Source of the DNA: a virus
Taxonomy: Duplodnaviria > Caudoviricetes
Length of the DNA: 64,000 nucleotides
Direction: 5' to 3' (one strand)
Virus record (IMG/VR): IMGVR_UViG_2930666980_000001
Coordinates: 37,758-101,757 of that record
In this document: positions 56,235-64,000 of the stretch, piece after piece
Layout of the letters: each line of letters begins with the position of its first letter
Position numbering within the stretch: the stretch's first letter is position 1
Made by a program: the position numbers and the translations under genes
The notes under the pieces: generated by a model
What the model saw: only the letters and a program-made list of their open reading frames with translations
The model's database searches: none
What the model was told of the DNA's origin: nothing

Positions 56235-56587
56235 GGCTGGGCGAGGACGCTACCGGCGTCATGGCGGTCGACACGCTCGTCGTCTGGTGCCTGGCTGTCG
56301 TCGCGGTCGCCGCGGCGCTCGGCTTGCTGTGGCGGATGGCCCGGGGCGTCCGGCGGATCGTCGCCCGCGTCGACGAGGTCGTGGACGACTGGCAGGGCAT
56401 CCCTGGTCGGCCAGGAGTGCCGGCACGGCCGGGCGTGATGGAGCGGCTCGACGGGATCGAGGGGCGGCTCGAGAGCGTGGAGCATGAGCTCCACCCGAAC
56501 TCTGGCCAGTCCCTCCGGGACGCCGTCGACCGGGTCGACGTGCGCACGCGGAGGCTCACCGACGACCGCGACGAGGGCGGGCGCTGA
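56231..56587 (+). CDS. Membrane protein of the lysis cassette
   Basis: One TM helix then DDW.G...RPG..PGVMERL..ELHPNSG.SLRDAV. Confidence 0.75.
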   Translation: MRLGEDATGVMAVDTLVVWCLAVVAVAAALGLLWRMARGVRRIVARVDEVVDDWQGIPGRPGVPARPGVMERLDGIEGRLESVEHELHPNSGQSLRDAVDRVDVRTRRLTDDRDEGGR

Positions 56588-56604
56588 CGCCCGCTGCCGG
56601 TGAC

Positions 56605-56641
56605 CGGCCGCCCGCCCTCACGACTCCGGGGGCGGGCGGCC
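56605..56641 (+). terminator. Stem-loop at the end of the late operon
   Basis: CGGCCGCCCGCCC / GGGCGGGCGGCCG. Confidence 0.65.
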
Positions 56642-56649
56642 GACGTCTG

Positions 56650-56855
56650 CCCGGACATGATCGCGGACCGTGCCCGGACATGATCCTCGGACGTGTCCGG
56701 GCATGGTCGGGCATGTGTCCGGGCCTCGTCGCGGACAACGCTGTGACCAGCGGGGACATCGGCCCGGACACGTCCGCGGACACGAGGGCCGCCGTGTCCG
56801 GATACGGGGCGCGGCCGGGGTCGTCAGAGGAGGCCGAGCTCCGTGTCCGGACGAC
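56650..56855. repeat. CGGACA/TGTCCG site cluster 4
   Basis: TGCCCGGACATGATC twice, CGGACGTGTCCG, CGGACACGTCCGCGGACAC and several TGTCCGG. Confidence 0.8.
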
Positions 56856-57156
56856 AGTGAGTGCACGCCTCGACGCCCTCGCCGAGGGCCGATACGGCCT
56901 GGTCCCGGGTGAGCGGTTTGCGGCGGCGACCGATGGCGTGGCAGTGGCCGACATGGACCTCGACAGGGCGGGAGCCGACACCGATACCGAGCTCGAGGAC
57001 CCAGTCCGGCTGTGGCGGGCGGGCCCTCTCGCCCTGGGCGCGCTCGGCCTCGCGGCGCTCCTCGTCCGCGATCCAGCGGCGGGTCACGTCGAGCTGCTGC
57101 TCCTGGACGCGGAGCAGGAACCGGAGCTTCTCCAGCCTCGACGAGTGTTCGGGCAT
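56824..57156 (-). CDS. DUF6233-like protein
   Basis: DWVLELGIG..VHVGHC..A..AL..GVEACTHCRPDTELG. Confidence 0.8.
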   Translation of the reverse strand: MPEHSSRLEKLRFLLRVQEQQLDVTRRWIADEERREAERAQGERARPPQPDWVLELGIGVGSRPVEVHVGHCHAIGRRRKPLTRDQAVSALGEGVEACTHCRPDTELGLL

Positions 57157-57169
57157 GTGTTCGATTCTA
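57149..57169 (-). promoter_or_regulatory. LexA (SOS) box overlapping a leaderless start
   Basis: TAGAAT -10 followed by TCGAAC-ACAT-GCCCGA, matching actinobacterial TCGAAC-N4-GNNCGA. Confidence 0.75.
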
Positions 57170-57208
57170 CGCGGTAGGAAAAACCCGGGCGGGTGCCGGT
57201 ATCCGAGG

Positions 57209-57628
57209 TCAGGTACTCGGCTGCTCCACCCGAACGACCGTCGAGCGGTGGTTCTGCTGATAGGGCGCGAGGGGTACGGGAAAGCCTGCACTGATGATGA
57301 AACAGGAGCCGTTGTTGTCCTGCTTCACCAGCAGGTATCGGGCAGCCTCGTCGGAGAGCGGCGCAGCCCAGGGGAGGGCGCCGACATACGGTGTGATTCG
57401 GAAGTCGCCGTCCCAGTCCACTTCCGCAGCGGCGAGCTCCAGCGCGCTCAGAGCGCCCTTCACCCAGTTCAGGCGATCTACGCTCTCCTCGATGTAGTGC
57501 CAGGCCGACTGAGGGCTCTCGAAAGCGTGCGAGGTTGCTTGGGGGGACAGATAGAGATTCAAGGGGATCATTCCCTCGAAGCTGTCGACGGGCGGGACGC
57601 GCACCACATGCCACTCTCGAGTACCCAT
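57209..57628 (-). CDS. Hypothetical protein, lower-GC moron-like gene
   Basis: TAGGAT 7 nt before ATG; more A/T-ending codons than its neighbours. Confidence 0.65.
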   Translation of the reverse strand: MGTREWHVVRVPPVDSFEGMIPLNLYLSPQATSHAFESPQSAWHYIEESVDRLNWVKGALSALELAAAEVDWDGDFRITPYVGALPWAAPLSDEAARYLLVKQDNNGSCFIISAGFPVPLAPYQQNHRSTVVRVEQPST

Positions 57629-57670
57629 GGTGACGATCCTAGAGTCGGATCGAGGGACCCTTGTGGGGTT

Positions 57671-57976
57671 TTACGCGAGTGCGCACCCGGAGCGGCAGCG
57701 AGACGCCCGGGCCTGACCGCGGGCGCTGTCGGGGGGCGTCGGTACGGTGACGCCGTCCTTGCTGCTACTCGGACGGACGAGGCCCCGCGGGCGTGGAACC
57801 CAGGCGGGGCCGCGTCGCGTCGCGGCCCGGGTGGCCTGGTCCCACTCGACGAGCAGGCGCCCGTACTCCTCGGCGCGCTGCTCGCTGTCCGGCGAGTCCA
57901 TCAGTCGTCGGATGCGGTCGTTGATGCGGGCCGCGCTGGAGTGCAGCGAACCGTGTGACCTGGAGCGCAAGGGCAT
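57671..57976 (-). CDS. Hypothetical protein
   Basis: TACCGT 6 nt before ATG; SAA.IN..IR.L..EY..LL.EW motif. Confidence 0.6.
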   Translation of the reverse strand: MPLRSRSHGSLHSSAARINDRIRRLMDSPDSEQRAEEYGRLLVEWDQATRAATRRGPAWVPRPRGLVRPSSSKDGVTVPTPPDSARGQARASRCRSGCALA

Positions 57977-58055
57977 GCACACACGGTAAGGCCCGGGTCT
58001 GACACTGGGGGCGGGAAGTCTCTGCCGGCACCCGATCGGTGCCGACGCGGGTCGG

Positions 58056-58289
58056 TCAGTCCTCGTCGGGCTCCGGATGGCGGACGGCCTTCTTCACGGC
58101 CATCTCGACGTCGACGCGGCTCGTGTTGGTTGCTGCCGCGTGGTCGGTGATCGCGACCTGTACCGCCATCGCGGCTTCACGCCAGGCGGTCCACGCGCCT
58201 TCGGGCGGGGAGGGGGCCGTCGCCGCCGCCTGGGCGTCGAGGGCTGCCTGCTCGAGCTGGAGGAGTTCGCTTGGAAGTTCGATTGTCAC
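58056..58289 (-). CDS. Small hypothetical protein
   Basis: TAGGAT 6 nt before GTG; WREAA..Q.AIT.HA..R..VEMAVKKAVRHP. Confidence 0.7.
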   Translation of the reverse strand: MTIELPSELLQLEQAALDAQAAATAPSPPEGAWTAWREAAMAVQVAITDHAAATNTSRVDVEMAVKKAVRHPEPDED

Positions 58290-58450
58290 GGGCGGATCCT
58301 AAGCCTGTCGGCGGCGTGCTCCTGAATTTCGCGACCTTCCGAGCAATCCGTTCACACGGTCGGCGGCAGTCGAAATTTCTAGCAATTACGGCGCGTCCCG
58401 GAGACAGGGCGAGCACACTGACGGTCCAACAACAGCGGAGGGCGGGCGTC

Positions 58451-58669
58451 ATGTCGCTTGAGTTCTTGGGGAGTAGCAACACGTCACAGGGGGGCGGCTG
58501 TCCCTCGTTCTACCGGGACACGGAGACCGGCGACATCGTCGTCCAGGGCGACGAGCTCACCGACCCGGACAAGATCGCGCAGCTGCTGCAGGTGAAGCCG
58601 GGGGAGGGGTTCGTCGTCGTGCCGGCCGTCCTGTTTGAGTACCACGCTGCGAAGGTGTCCCGTGCCTGA
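58451..58669 (+). CDS. Small conserved protein of the DUF6879/XRE cassette
   Basis: GGAGG SD; L.FLG..GGCP..Y..TGD.VVQG..GE..V.VP. Confidence 0.75.
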   Translation: MSLEFLGSSNTSQGGGCPSFYRDTETGDIVVQGDELTDPDKIAQLLQVKPGEGFVVVPAVLFEYHAAKVSRA

Positions 58670-59201
58670 GCTCGTCAGCGGGCCGGACTTCCTGCGGCTC
58701 TTCGAGGACTTCGCGCACACGGCGTTCCGCCTCGAGGTGCGGACCTCGTACGGGATCCCGGAGGAGGATGAGCCGTACCGGCAGTTCCTTGCCGGTGAGG
58801 ATCCTGGGCTGGAGTGGTTCGCTCCGTGGCTCGACCTGATGCGGGCGGAGACCGGGCGGGGGAAGCGGGTCGAGCGGGTCCGGGTCATCGACGCCCCTCC
58901 GTCGGACTACCTACGGTTCGAGCTGTGGGGAACGCCGTACAACCTGGACGCGGGCGAGGACATCCGTTACCTGGGGCGCGACCAGGCGGCGGCGCAGGGC
59001 CTACCGGGCTATGACTTCTGGGTGTTCGATGCCGTCACCGTGGCGCGGCTCCAGTTCGGAGAGCATGACCGCTTCCTCGGCGTGCACCTCTCCGACGATC
59101 CGGCGGACGTCCTGCGCCATGTGCAGTGGCGCGAGGCCGCGTGGCACCATGCAGTCACCTTCGAGGAGTACCAGCAGAAGGGGACCGCGGTCTCACGGTG
59201 A
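58662..59201 (+). CDS. DUF6879-like protein
   Basis: F.HTAFRLE.R..Y, RVRVI..P.SDY.RFE, AGEDIRYL, DFWVFD. Confidence 0.85.
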   Translation: MPELVSGPDFLRLFEDFAHTAFRLEVRTSYGIPEEDEPYRQFLAGEDPGLEWFAPWLDLMRAETGRGKRVERVRVIDAPPSDYLRFELWGTPYNLDAGEDIRYLGRDQAAAQGLPGYDFWVFDAVTVARLQFGEHDRFLGVHLSDDPADVLRHVQWREAAWHHAVTFEEYQQKGTAVSR

Positions 59202-60037
59202 GCGACTTTCAGACGGCTCGGACTGCCCTCGGCGCGAGGCTTCGTGAGCTGCGCGCCGAGGCCGGGCTGCATGGAAAGGAGCTCGCCGGGCGCATGGGCT
59301 GGGCAGCGTCGAAGATCAGCAAGATCGAGACCGGTAAGCAGGCGCCGACAGCCGAGGACCTGGAGCTCTGGGCTCAGGCGCTCGGCGCCGTCGACGTGCT
59401 GCCCGAACTGGTCGGCCGCCTCAAGTCGCTGGAGACGCATTACGCGGTGTGGCGGCGGCAGCTCGCTGCCGGCGTGCGTGCTCGGCAGGAGGCATGGGGG
59501 CTGACCGAGAGCGCCACGGCGTCCGTCTGCAACTTCGAGTCGGCGGTGATCCCCGGGCTGCTCCAGACCGCCGAGTACGCGCGGCACATGTTCATCCGGA
59601 CGACGACCCTGCACCGCAGCGTCCAGGACATCGAGGAGGGCGTGAATGCGCGCATGCAGCGGCAACAGGCTCTCTACGCCCCGGGGCGGTCGTTCCACTT
59701 CCTGATATGGGAGGCCGCTCTCCATATGCGGGTCTGCCCGCGCGAGGCGATGGCTGGTCAGCTCGACCGGCTGGCCGGGGTGTTCGGGATGTCCTCCGTG
59801 CAACTCGGCGTCGTCCCGCTGAACGCGGACCTGACCGTGGTGCCCACACACGGCTTCTGGATTTATGACCAGGACCTCGTCATGGTGGAGACCATCGGTG
59901 CGGAGCTCCGTCTCACGGACCGCGCGGAGGTCGACCTGCACCGGACGGTGTGGGAGGAGCTGATGGCGGTGGCCGCGTACGGGCACCAGGCGCACCGGCT
60001 TATCACCCGGGCGAGGGCCTCGCTCGACCTGATGTGA
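59198..60037 (+). CDS. XRE-family HTH regulator with DUF5753-like domain
   Basis: LGARLRELR..SKISKIETG; IPGLLQTAEYAR; EAAL..QLDRL. Confidence 0.9.
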   Translation: MSDFQTARTALGARLRELRAEAGLHGKELAGRMGWAASKISKIETGKQAPTAEDLELWAQALGAVDVLPELVGRLKSLETHYAVWRRQLAAGVRARQEAWGLTESATASVCNFESAVIPGLLQTAEYARHMFIRTTTLHRSVQDIEEGVNARMQRQQALYAPGRSFHFLIWEAALHMRVCPREAMAGQLDRLAGVFGMSSVQLGVVPLNADLTVVPTHGFWIYDQDLVMVETIGAELRLTDRAEVDLHRTVWEELMAVAAYGHQAHRLITRARASLDLM

Positions 60038-60124
60038 GCAACATCGAGAACGCGGCCAGGCCGTAGGAGAAATCCCGCGAAATCGCTAAGCGGCCGGGCC
60101 GACTGTGCTTCTACGGTGCCGGGC

Positions 60125-60577
60125 ATGGCCTCACGGACACGCAATTCGGGCACGGTGTGGCTGGCCTCCTGTGCCCCGGATCCCGTATGCGCTAATCGTT
60201 CCTGGGCGAGCGACGAGCTTGCCTCTATCCCCGTGGGCCGCTCGTGGCTGGTCGCCGAGGCCGACCTGATGCGGTCCGTCGACGCGATGCAGCGTGTCGG
60301 CCCGGAGCTCCTCGGCCCCGTCCTGGTCTGCCCGGAGAGCAACCGGGCGTGGTGGCTGGTGCCGCTCGGCGCCGACGAGGAGCTGGCGGACGTCCGCGCC
60401 CTCACCATCCATACGGCGCCCTGGCCGCTGAGGTGCCCCCCTCCCCATAAATACCTGTGGGGGCGGGGCTGGCTGGAGAAGCCGGACGGCTCCGGTCGGC
60501 TGACCGACCCTGTCGCGCTCGGCGCCGCGTTCGGCCCGGGCGGATCCCTGAGGCTGCCGGTGGGGGCGTTCGTATGA
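60125..60577 (+). CDS. Hypothetical protein (inactive prim-pol-like family)
   Basis: WLASCA..W..IP.G..W..GPV..WWLVP..PDGSGRLTDP..L; TACGGT 7 nt before ATG. Confidence 0.75.
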   Translation: MASRTRNSGTVWLASCAPDPVCANRSWASDELASIPVGRSWLVAEADLMRSVDAMQRVGPELLGPVLVCPESNRAWWLVPLGADEELADVRALTIHTAPWPLRCPPPHKYLWGRGWLEKPDGSGRLTDPVALGAAFGPGGSLRLPVGAFV

Positions 60578-60783
60578 CACCGATCGAGGACCAGCGAGAG
60601 CTGCCGCCCGTGTCGACCCTGTCCGCCTACCAGCAGCGCGGCGTGCACTGCGTGTTCTGCGGCAAGGCCCTCCAGGTTGGGCAGCTCGTCGACCTTGGCC
60701 CGCGGCTCGTCGACGCACATGGCTCCACGGTGCAGTGGTTCCCCCGCTGCTGCCGCCGCCCCTGTCTGGAAGGAAAGCTGTGA
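60574..60783 (+). CDS. Small Zn-finger protein
   Basis: Q.RG..CVFCG..VDLG..WFPRCC. Confidence 0.7.
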   Translation: MTPIEDQRELPPVSTLSAYQQRGVHCVFCGKALQVGQLVDLGPRLVDAHGSTVQWFPRCCRRPCLEGKL

Positions 60784-61118
60784 CCGCGATAGAGATTGAG
60801 GACTCGACCTCGAGCACGGCGTACAAGGCGCTGATCGAGCACACCGTCACGTGTCCGGCGTGCCTGAAGAGTCGCGAGTGCGCCGAGGAGGCGGAGCTCC
60901 GCGCTGCGAGCAGGGCGGAGCGCCAGGCGTCCAGGAACCAGTGCGCGGACTGTGGAGTCAGCGGCGAGGTCGCTGAGCTGGTCGCCAAGTTCTTCCCCGG
61001 TATGAGCGGTCCGGGCGGGCCCGCGATCCCGCTGTGCGGCACGTGTACCAGGCTGCGCGCCGTCGAGGCGCAGCGGCAGATCGAGGAGTGGGCGGAGCGG
61101 CGGGTGGAGGAATCATGA
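60780..61118 (+). CDS. Cys-rich hypothetical protein
   Basis: H...CPAC..C, CADC, CGTC; GTGA coupling. Confidence 0.65.
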   Translation: MTAIEIEDSTSSTAYKALIEHTVTCPACLKSRECAEEAELRAASRAERQASRNQCADCGVSGEVAELVAKFFPGMSGPGGPAIPLCGTCTRLRAVEAQRQIEEWAERRVEES

Positions 61119-61306
61119 GTGATTCGCACGCGACGGCGGCGAGCAGCAGCACGGAGGCCGCCATGCCGGCCTCCCGTCCAAGGCCGAGCAGGACGGCGGC
61201 CCAGCGGTGGGGGATGGCCGCGGAGGCGGAGCGAAACGAGGTGCTCGATGACCTCGTGTGGTTGCAGCGGACCCGCGAGGACCGGCTACGCGATCAGTTC
61301 CTCTGA
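61115..61306 (+). CDS. Small hypothetical protein
   Basis: GGAGG SD; ATGA coupling. Confidence 0.5.
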   Translation: MSDSHATAASSSTEAAMPASRPRPSRTAAQRWGMAAEAERNEVLDDLVWLQRTREDRLRDQFL

Positions 61307-61347
61307 ACTCCCGTCCTCCTCTCGCGCGGAGTGCGGGCCCGGACAAA

Positions 61348-61388
61348 CCACTGCCCCGGCACCCATGCGCAAGGTGTCGGGGCAGTGG
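61348..61388. terminator. Bidirectional stem-loop between convergent genes
   Basis: CCACTGCCCCGGCACC / GGTGTCGGGGCAGTGG. Confidence 0.7.
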
Positions 61389-61411
61389 CGTACCTGTCGC
61401 CTAGGGGGGGG

Positions 61412-61657
61412 TTAGGCGGCAGGGGCCGCCGCGTCCTCAGGTGGGGAGACCTGGAGGACGCGGAGCATGTCGGCCGTCACGACGCGGAAGAGACGACCGG
61501 CGCGGACGACGCGGCAAGGAAACTGGTCCTTGTTGGCGAGGAGGTAGGCCGTGGACCGTGCGATGCCGAACGCCTTGCCGGCAGTCTCGAGGTCGGTTGT
61601 CGGGGGGAGCTCGAGGAGGTCCCTGATCGTCATCTCGGCCGGAGCGGCTTGGGTCAT
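61412..61657 (-). CDS. Excisionase/Cro-like HTH protein
   Basis: LP.T.DL.TA..AFGIARSTAY.LA..FPCRV.R.G..RV.TA; divergent from the repressor. Confidence 0.8.
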   Translation of the reverse strand: MTQAAPAEMTIRDLLELPPTTDLETAGKAFGIARSTAYLLANKDQFPCRVVRAGRLFRVVTADMLRVLQVSPPEDAAAPAA

Positions 61658-61707
61658 TTCGGCTCAGCTTTCAGTGTCGAGGCCTGGATTCTGCGCCCTC
61701 GCAGCGC

Positions 61708-61751
61708 ACTGTACGACATGGGTTGAGACTGCACAACACTGGCTGTACTTT
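61708..61751. promoter_or_regulatory. Overlapping divergent promoters of the lysogeny switch
   Basis: Plus: TTGAGA-17-TACTTT, 8 nt before ATG 61760. Minus: TTGTGC-17-TACAGT. Direct repeats ACTGTACGACA / ACTGCACAACA. Confidence 0.6.
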
Positions 61752-61759
61752 GATTCGTC

Positions 61760-62341
61760 ATGGAGCAACCGGGCTGGGCGGCGACCGTCGGTGCGACGAT
61801 CGCGGCGGAGGTGCGCCGCCATAGGCAGGCACAGGGCATCAGTGCGCAGCAGCTCGCCGACGCGTGCACGGAGCTCGGTGGCAGCATGCCGCGCGTCGTG
61901 ATCTCCAACATCGAGAACGGGCGCCGCGGCAACATCAGCGTCGCGGAGGTCACCCTCCTCGCGGCTGCTCTGAAGGTGCCGCCGATAGCGCTCCTCTACC
62001 CGATTGGGTACGTCGATGAGGTCGAGCTCCTGCCCGGCCGGATGGTGTCGCCGATAGAAGCCGCGGACTGGTGGGACGGCGCGAATGCCGGCGAGGACAC
62101 GGCGCTCCAGCTCATGCGCCGGCACCGGTGGCTCGTGACGCGCATCCGACGCCTCTACAAAACGAACTGGGAGCAGGCGATCTCTGACTACCGGTGGGGT
62201 GGTGCCCCCGGCGGGCCGGAGGCGGACGCGGCCCGGGAGGTCGCGGACGGGCTGACCACGGAGCTGCACGAGCTCCGTGACGAAATCACGCGGCGGGGCC
62301 TGACCCTCCCGCCGCTGGAGGGCCTGGACCGGCCGGTCTAG
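61760..62341 (+). CDS. XRE-family repressor
   Basis: VRRHR..GISAQQLA..R.VISNIENGRR..V.E...LAAAL.VPP; adjacent to the integrase. Confidence 0.88.
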   Translation: MEQPGWAATVGATIAAEVRRHRQAQGISAQQLADACTELGGSMPRVVISNIENGRRGNISVAEVTLLAAALKVPPIALLYPIGYVDEVELLPGRMVSPIEAADWWDGANAGEDTALQLMRRHRWLVTRIRRLYKTNWEQAISDYRWGGAPGGPEADAAREVADGLTTELHELRDEITRRGLTLPPLEGLDRPV

Positions 62342-62416
62342 GTCATCGCTGGGCGGGGGCGTCACCTCGCCAACTCTGGGCGCCTGGCGCCCCGTTGCCA
62401 GACAGAGGGGATAGCC

Positions 62417-64000
62417 ATGCCTGGAGCACGGCGCGCCGGAAGCATCACCAAGCGGTGTGAGTGCCGCGGCGAGGACGGCAAGCGGCTGGGGTCGAAGTGC
62501 CCGCAGCTGTCGAAGAAGAACCACGGCAACCACCAGCTGCGCCAGGAGCTCGCGCCCGACGACAAGGGGACCCGCCGGACCTTCCGGCGTACCGGGTACG
62601 AGGGCGTGAAGGCCGCAGAGAAGGACCTGACCCGCATTCAGGCCGTCCTCGACCTGGTCGACGAGGACGACGACGCAGCGCGCCTTGTGAGCGATCTCCT
62701 GATGACGGTGATGCGGGACCGGGAGCCCATCCCGGACACGGCCGAGGTGAAGCGGCGGATCCAGGGCGGCGTGCGCATGGACACCTCGCTGACCGTCGGG
62801 GAGTGGCTCCAGACGTGGGTCGACTCCAAGAAGACGAAGCGCACGACGACCGCCTCCTACCGGTCACACATCCGCGTGCACCTGGTGCCGGGGCTGGGGC
62901 ACTACCGGCTGGACCGGCTGAACGTGTCGCATGTGCAGGCGTTCTTTGACCGGATCGACGAGCAGAACGAGGTGATCGCGGCCGAGAACGCGGCGCGCCG
63001 GGAGCAGGAGCGGCGGGCGAAGTGGGGGAAGTCGTGCCGGCCACCGGCCGCTGAGACGGCGCGGCTGTCGGTCGAGCGGGAGAAGCTCGCTGCCATGCCG
63101 GGGTACCGGCTCATCACGGGACCGGCGACGAAGCAGAGGATCCGGGCGACGCTCCGCACCGCGCTGAACGCCGCGATCAGGCGGCAGTACATCACCTTCA
63201 ACCCGGCGCAGTGGGTTGAGCTCGCGTCGGGCAAGAGGCCGAAGGCCGTGTTGTGGACAGACCGGCACGTCGAGCACTGGCGTCAGACCGGGGAGCGGCC
63301 GAGCGCGGTCATGGTGTGGACGCCGCCGCAGATCGGCGAGTTCCTCGACGCCGCGGAGGACTCGAGGCTCTACGCGTTCTTCCACCTGATCGCGTTCCGC
63401 GGACTCCGGCGCGGCGAGGGCGTCGGGCAGGACTGGCGTCACGTCGACCTCGACGGGGGCACGATCACGGTGTCCAAGGAGATCGTCGTCGACAACTGGC
63501 AGGTGTTCGAGGACGACCCGAAGACGGAGGACAGCGCCGGGACGATCGCGCTGGACTCCGTGAACGTCGCGATCCTCCGGGCGCACCGTGAGCGGCAGCT
63601 CCTCGAGCGCGAGGCATGGAACGTGCACGCCGCGCAGGAGCGGGCGGAGGGTGAGGACGTCGCCGACTGGACGGATGCCGGGAAGGTGTTCGTCGAGCCT
63701 GACGGCCGGTGGCTGCACCCGGAGAAGGTGAGCGAGGAGTTCCGGCGGCTCTGCCGGCAGGCCGGTCTTCCGCCGATCAACCTGCGGGACCTCCGGCACT
63801 GCGCGGCCACGCTGATCCATGCTGGCGGGGGCGACCTCCATGCCATCAAGGAGACGCTCCGTCATACGACGATCCAGCTTGCCGGGGACACGTACACGTC
63901 GCTGCTGCAGGAGGTCGATGTCGAGATCGCGGAGCGGGCGGCGGCCCTGGTGCCGAGGGCTCGGAGAGGGGATACTCAGCCTGCGGGCGAGCGTGTGTGA
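62417..64000 (+). CDS. int: Tyrosine integrase
   Basis: GLRRGE, PKT, RDLRH, LRH, DTY catalytic motifs; TGA at 63998-64000. Confidence 0.95.
   Translation: MPGARRAGSITKRCECRGEDGKRLGSKCPQLSKKNHGNHQLRQELAPDDKGTRRTFRRTGYEGVKAAEKDLTRIQAVLDLVDEDDDAARLVSDLLMTVMRDREPIPDTAEVKRRIQGGVRMDTSLTVGEWLQTWVDSKKTKRTTTASYRSHIRVHLVPGLGHYRLDRLNVSHVQAFFDRIDEQNEVIAAENAARREQERRAKWGKSCRPPAAETARLSVEREKLAAMPGYRLITGPATKQRIRATLRTALNAAIRRQYITFNPAQWVELASGKRPKAVLWTDRHVEHWRQTGERPSAVMVWTPPQIGEFLDAAEDSRLYAFFHLIAFRGLRRGEGVGQDWRHVDLDGGTITVSKEIVVDNWQVFEDDPKTEDSAGTIALDSVNVAILRAHRERQLLEREAWNVHAAQERAEGEDVADWTDAGKVFVEPDGRWLHPEKVSEEFRRLCRQAGLPPINLRDLRHCAATLIHAGGGDLHAIKETLRHTTIQLAGDTYTSLLQEVDVEIAERAAALVPRARRGDTQPAGERV

Larger units (their letters stand above)
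1..64000. mobile_element. Temperate siphovirus-type actinophage/prophage, left part outside the window
   Basis: Ordered terminase, portal, capsid, tail, tape measure, lysin, holin, xis, repressor and integrase genes; very high GC and Streptomyces-like codon use; no att site visible. Confidence 0.95.

Noticed and set aside
63775-63805. Integrase RDLRH in place of HxLRH as a sign of inactivation
   Set aside because: This His position varies among active tyrosine recombinases, and the other catalytic residues are present
1-64000. tRNA, rRNA and attachment sites
   Set aside because: None recognisable; the window ends at the integrase stop, so attR and attL probably lie outside it

Overview
The whole window is one high-GC temperate actinophage, most likely a Streptomyces prophage. 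It is cut off on the left and ends exactly at the stop codon of a tyrosine integrase. From left to right it holds: accessory genes (PP2C-like phosphatase, DUF3560-like, NERD); a 9.8-kb enzyme cluster just upstream of the terminase (three ParB/Srx-like proteins, Gp88-like Fe-S protein, DegT aminotransferase, myo-inositol-1-phosphate synthase, three PP-loop/PAPS-reductase-family proteins, cupin); packaging and head genes resembling mycobacteriophage cluster B (portal, MuF-2H-protease fusion, separate hexamer and pentamer capsid proteins); about 10.7 kb of Cys-rich modular repeat proteins; the tail; lysis genes; a leftward leaderless cassette; a DUF6879/XRE module; and xis-repressor-integrase. 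The strongest novelty candidates are (1) a possible aminocyclitol-based DNA or virion modification pathway, (2) an 8-copy bulged-hairpin leader motif behind late -10 boxes, (3) a Cys-rich scaffold with swappable passenger domains, (4) four clusters of CGGACA sites, and (5) two antisense HNH insertions, each bridged by a sense ORF coupled to the next gene. All family calls come from motif recognition by eye; no searches were run.
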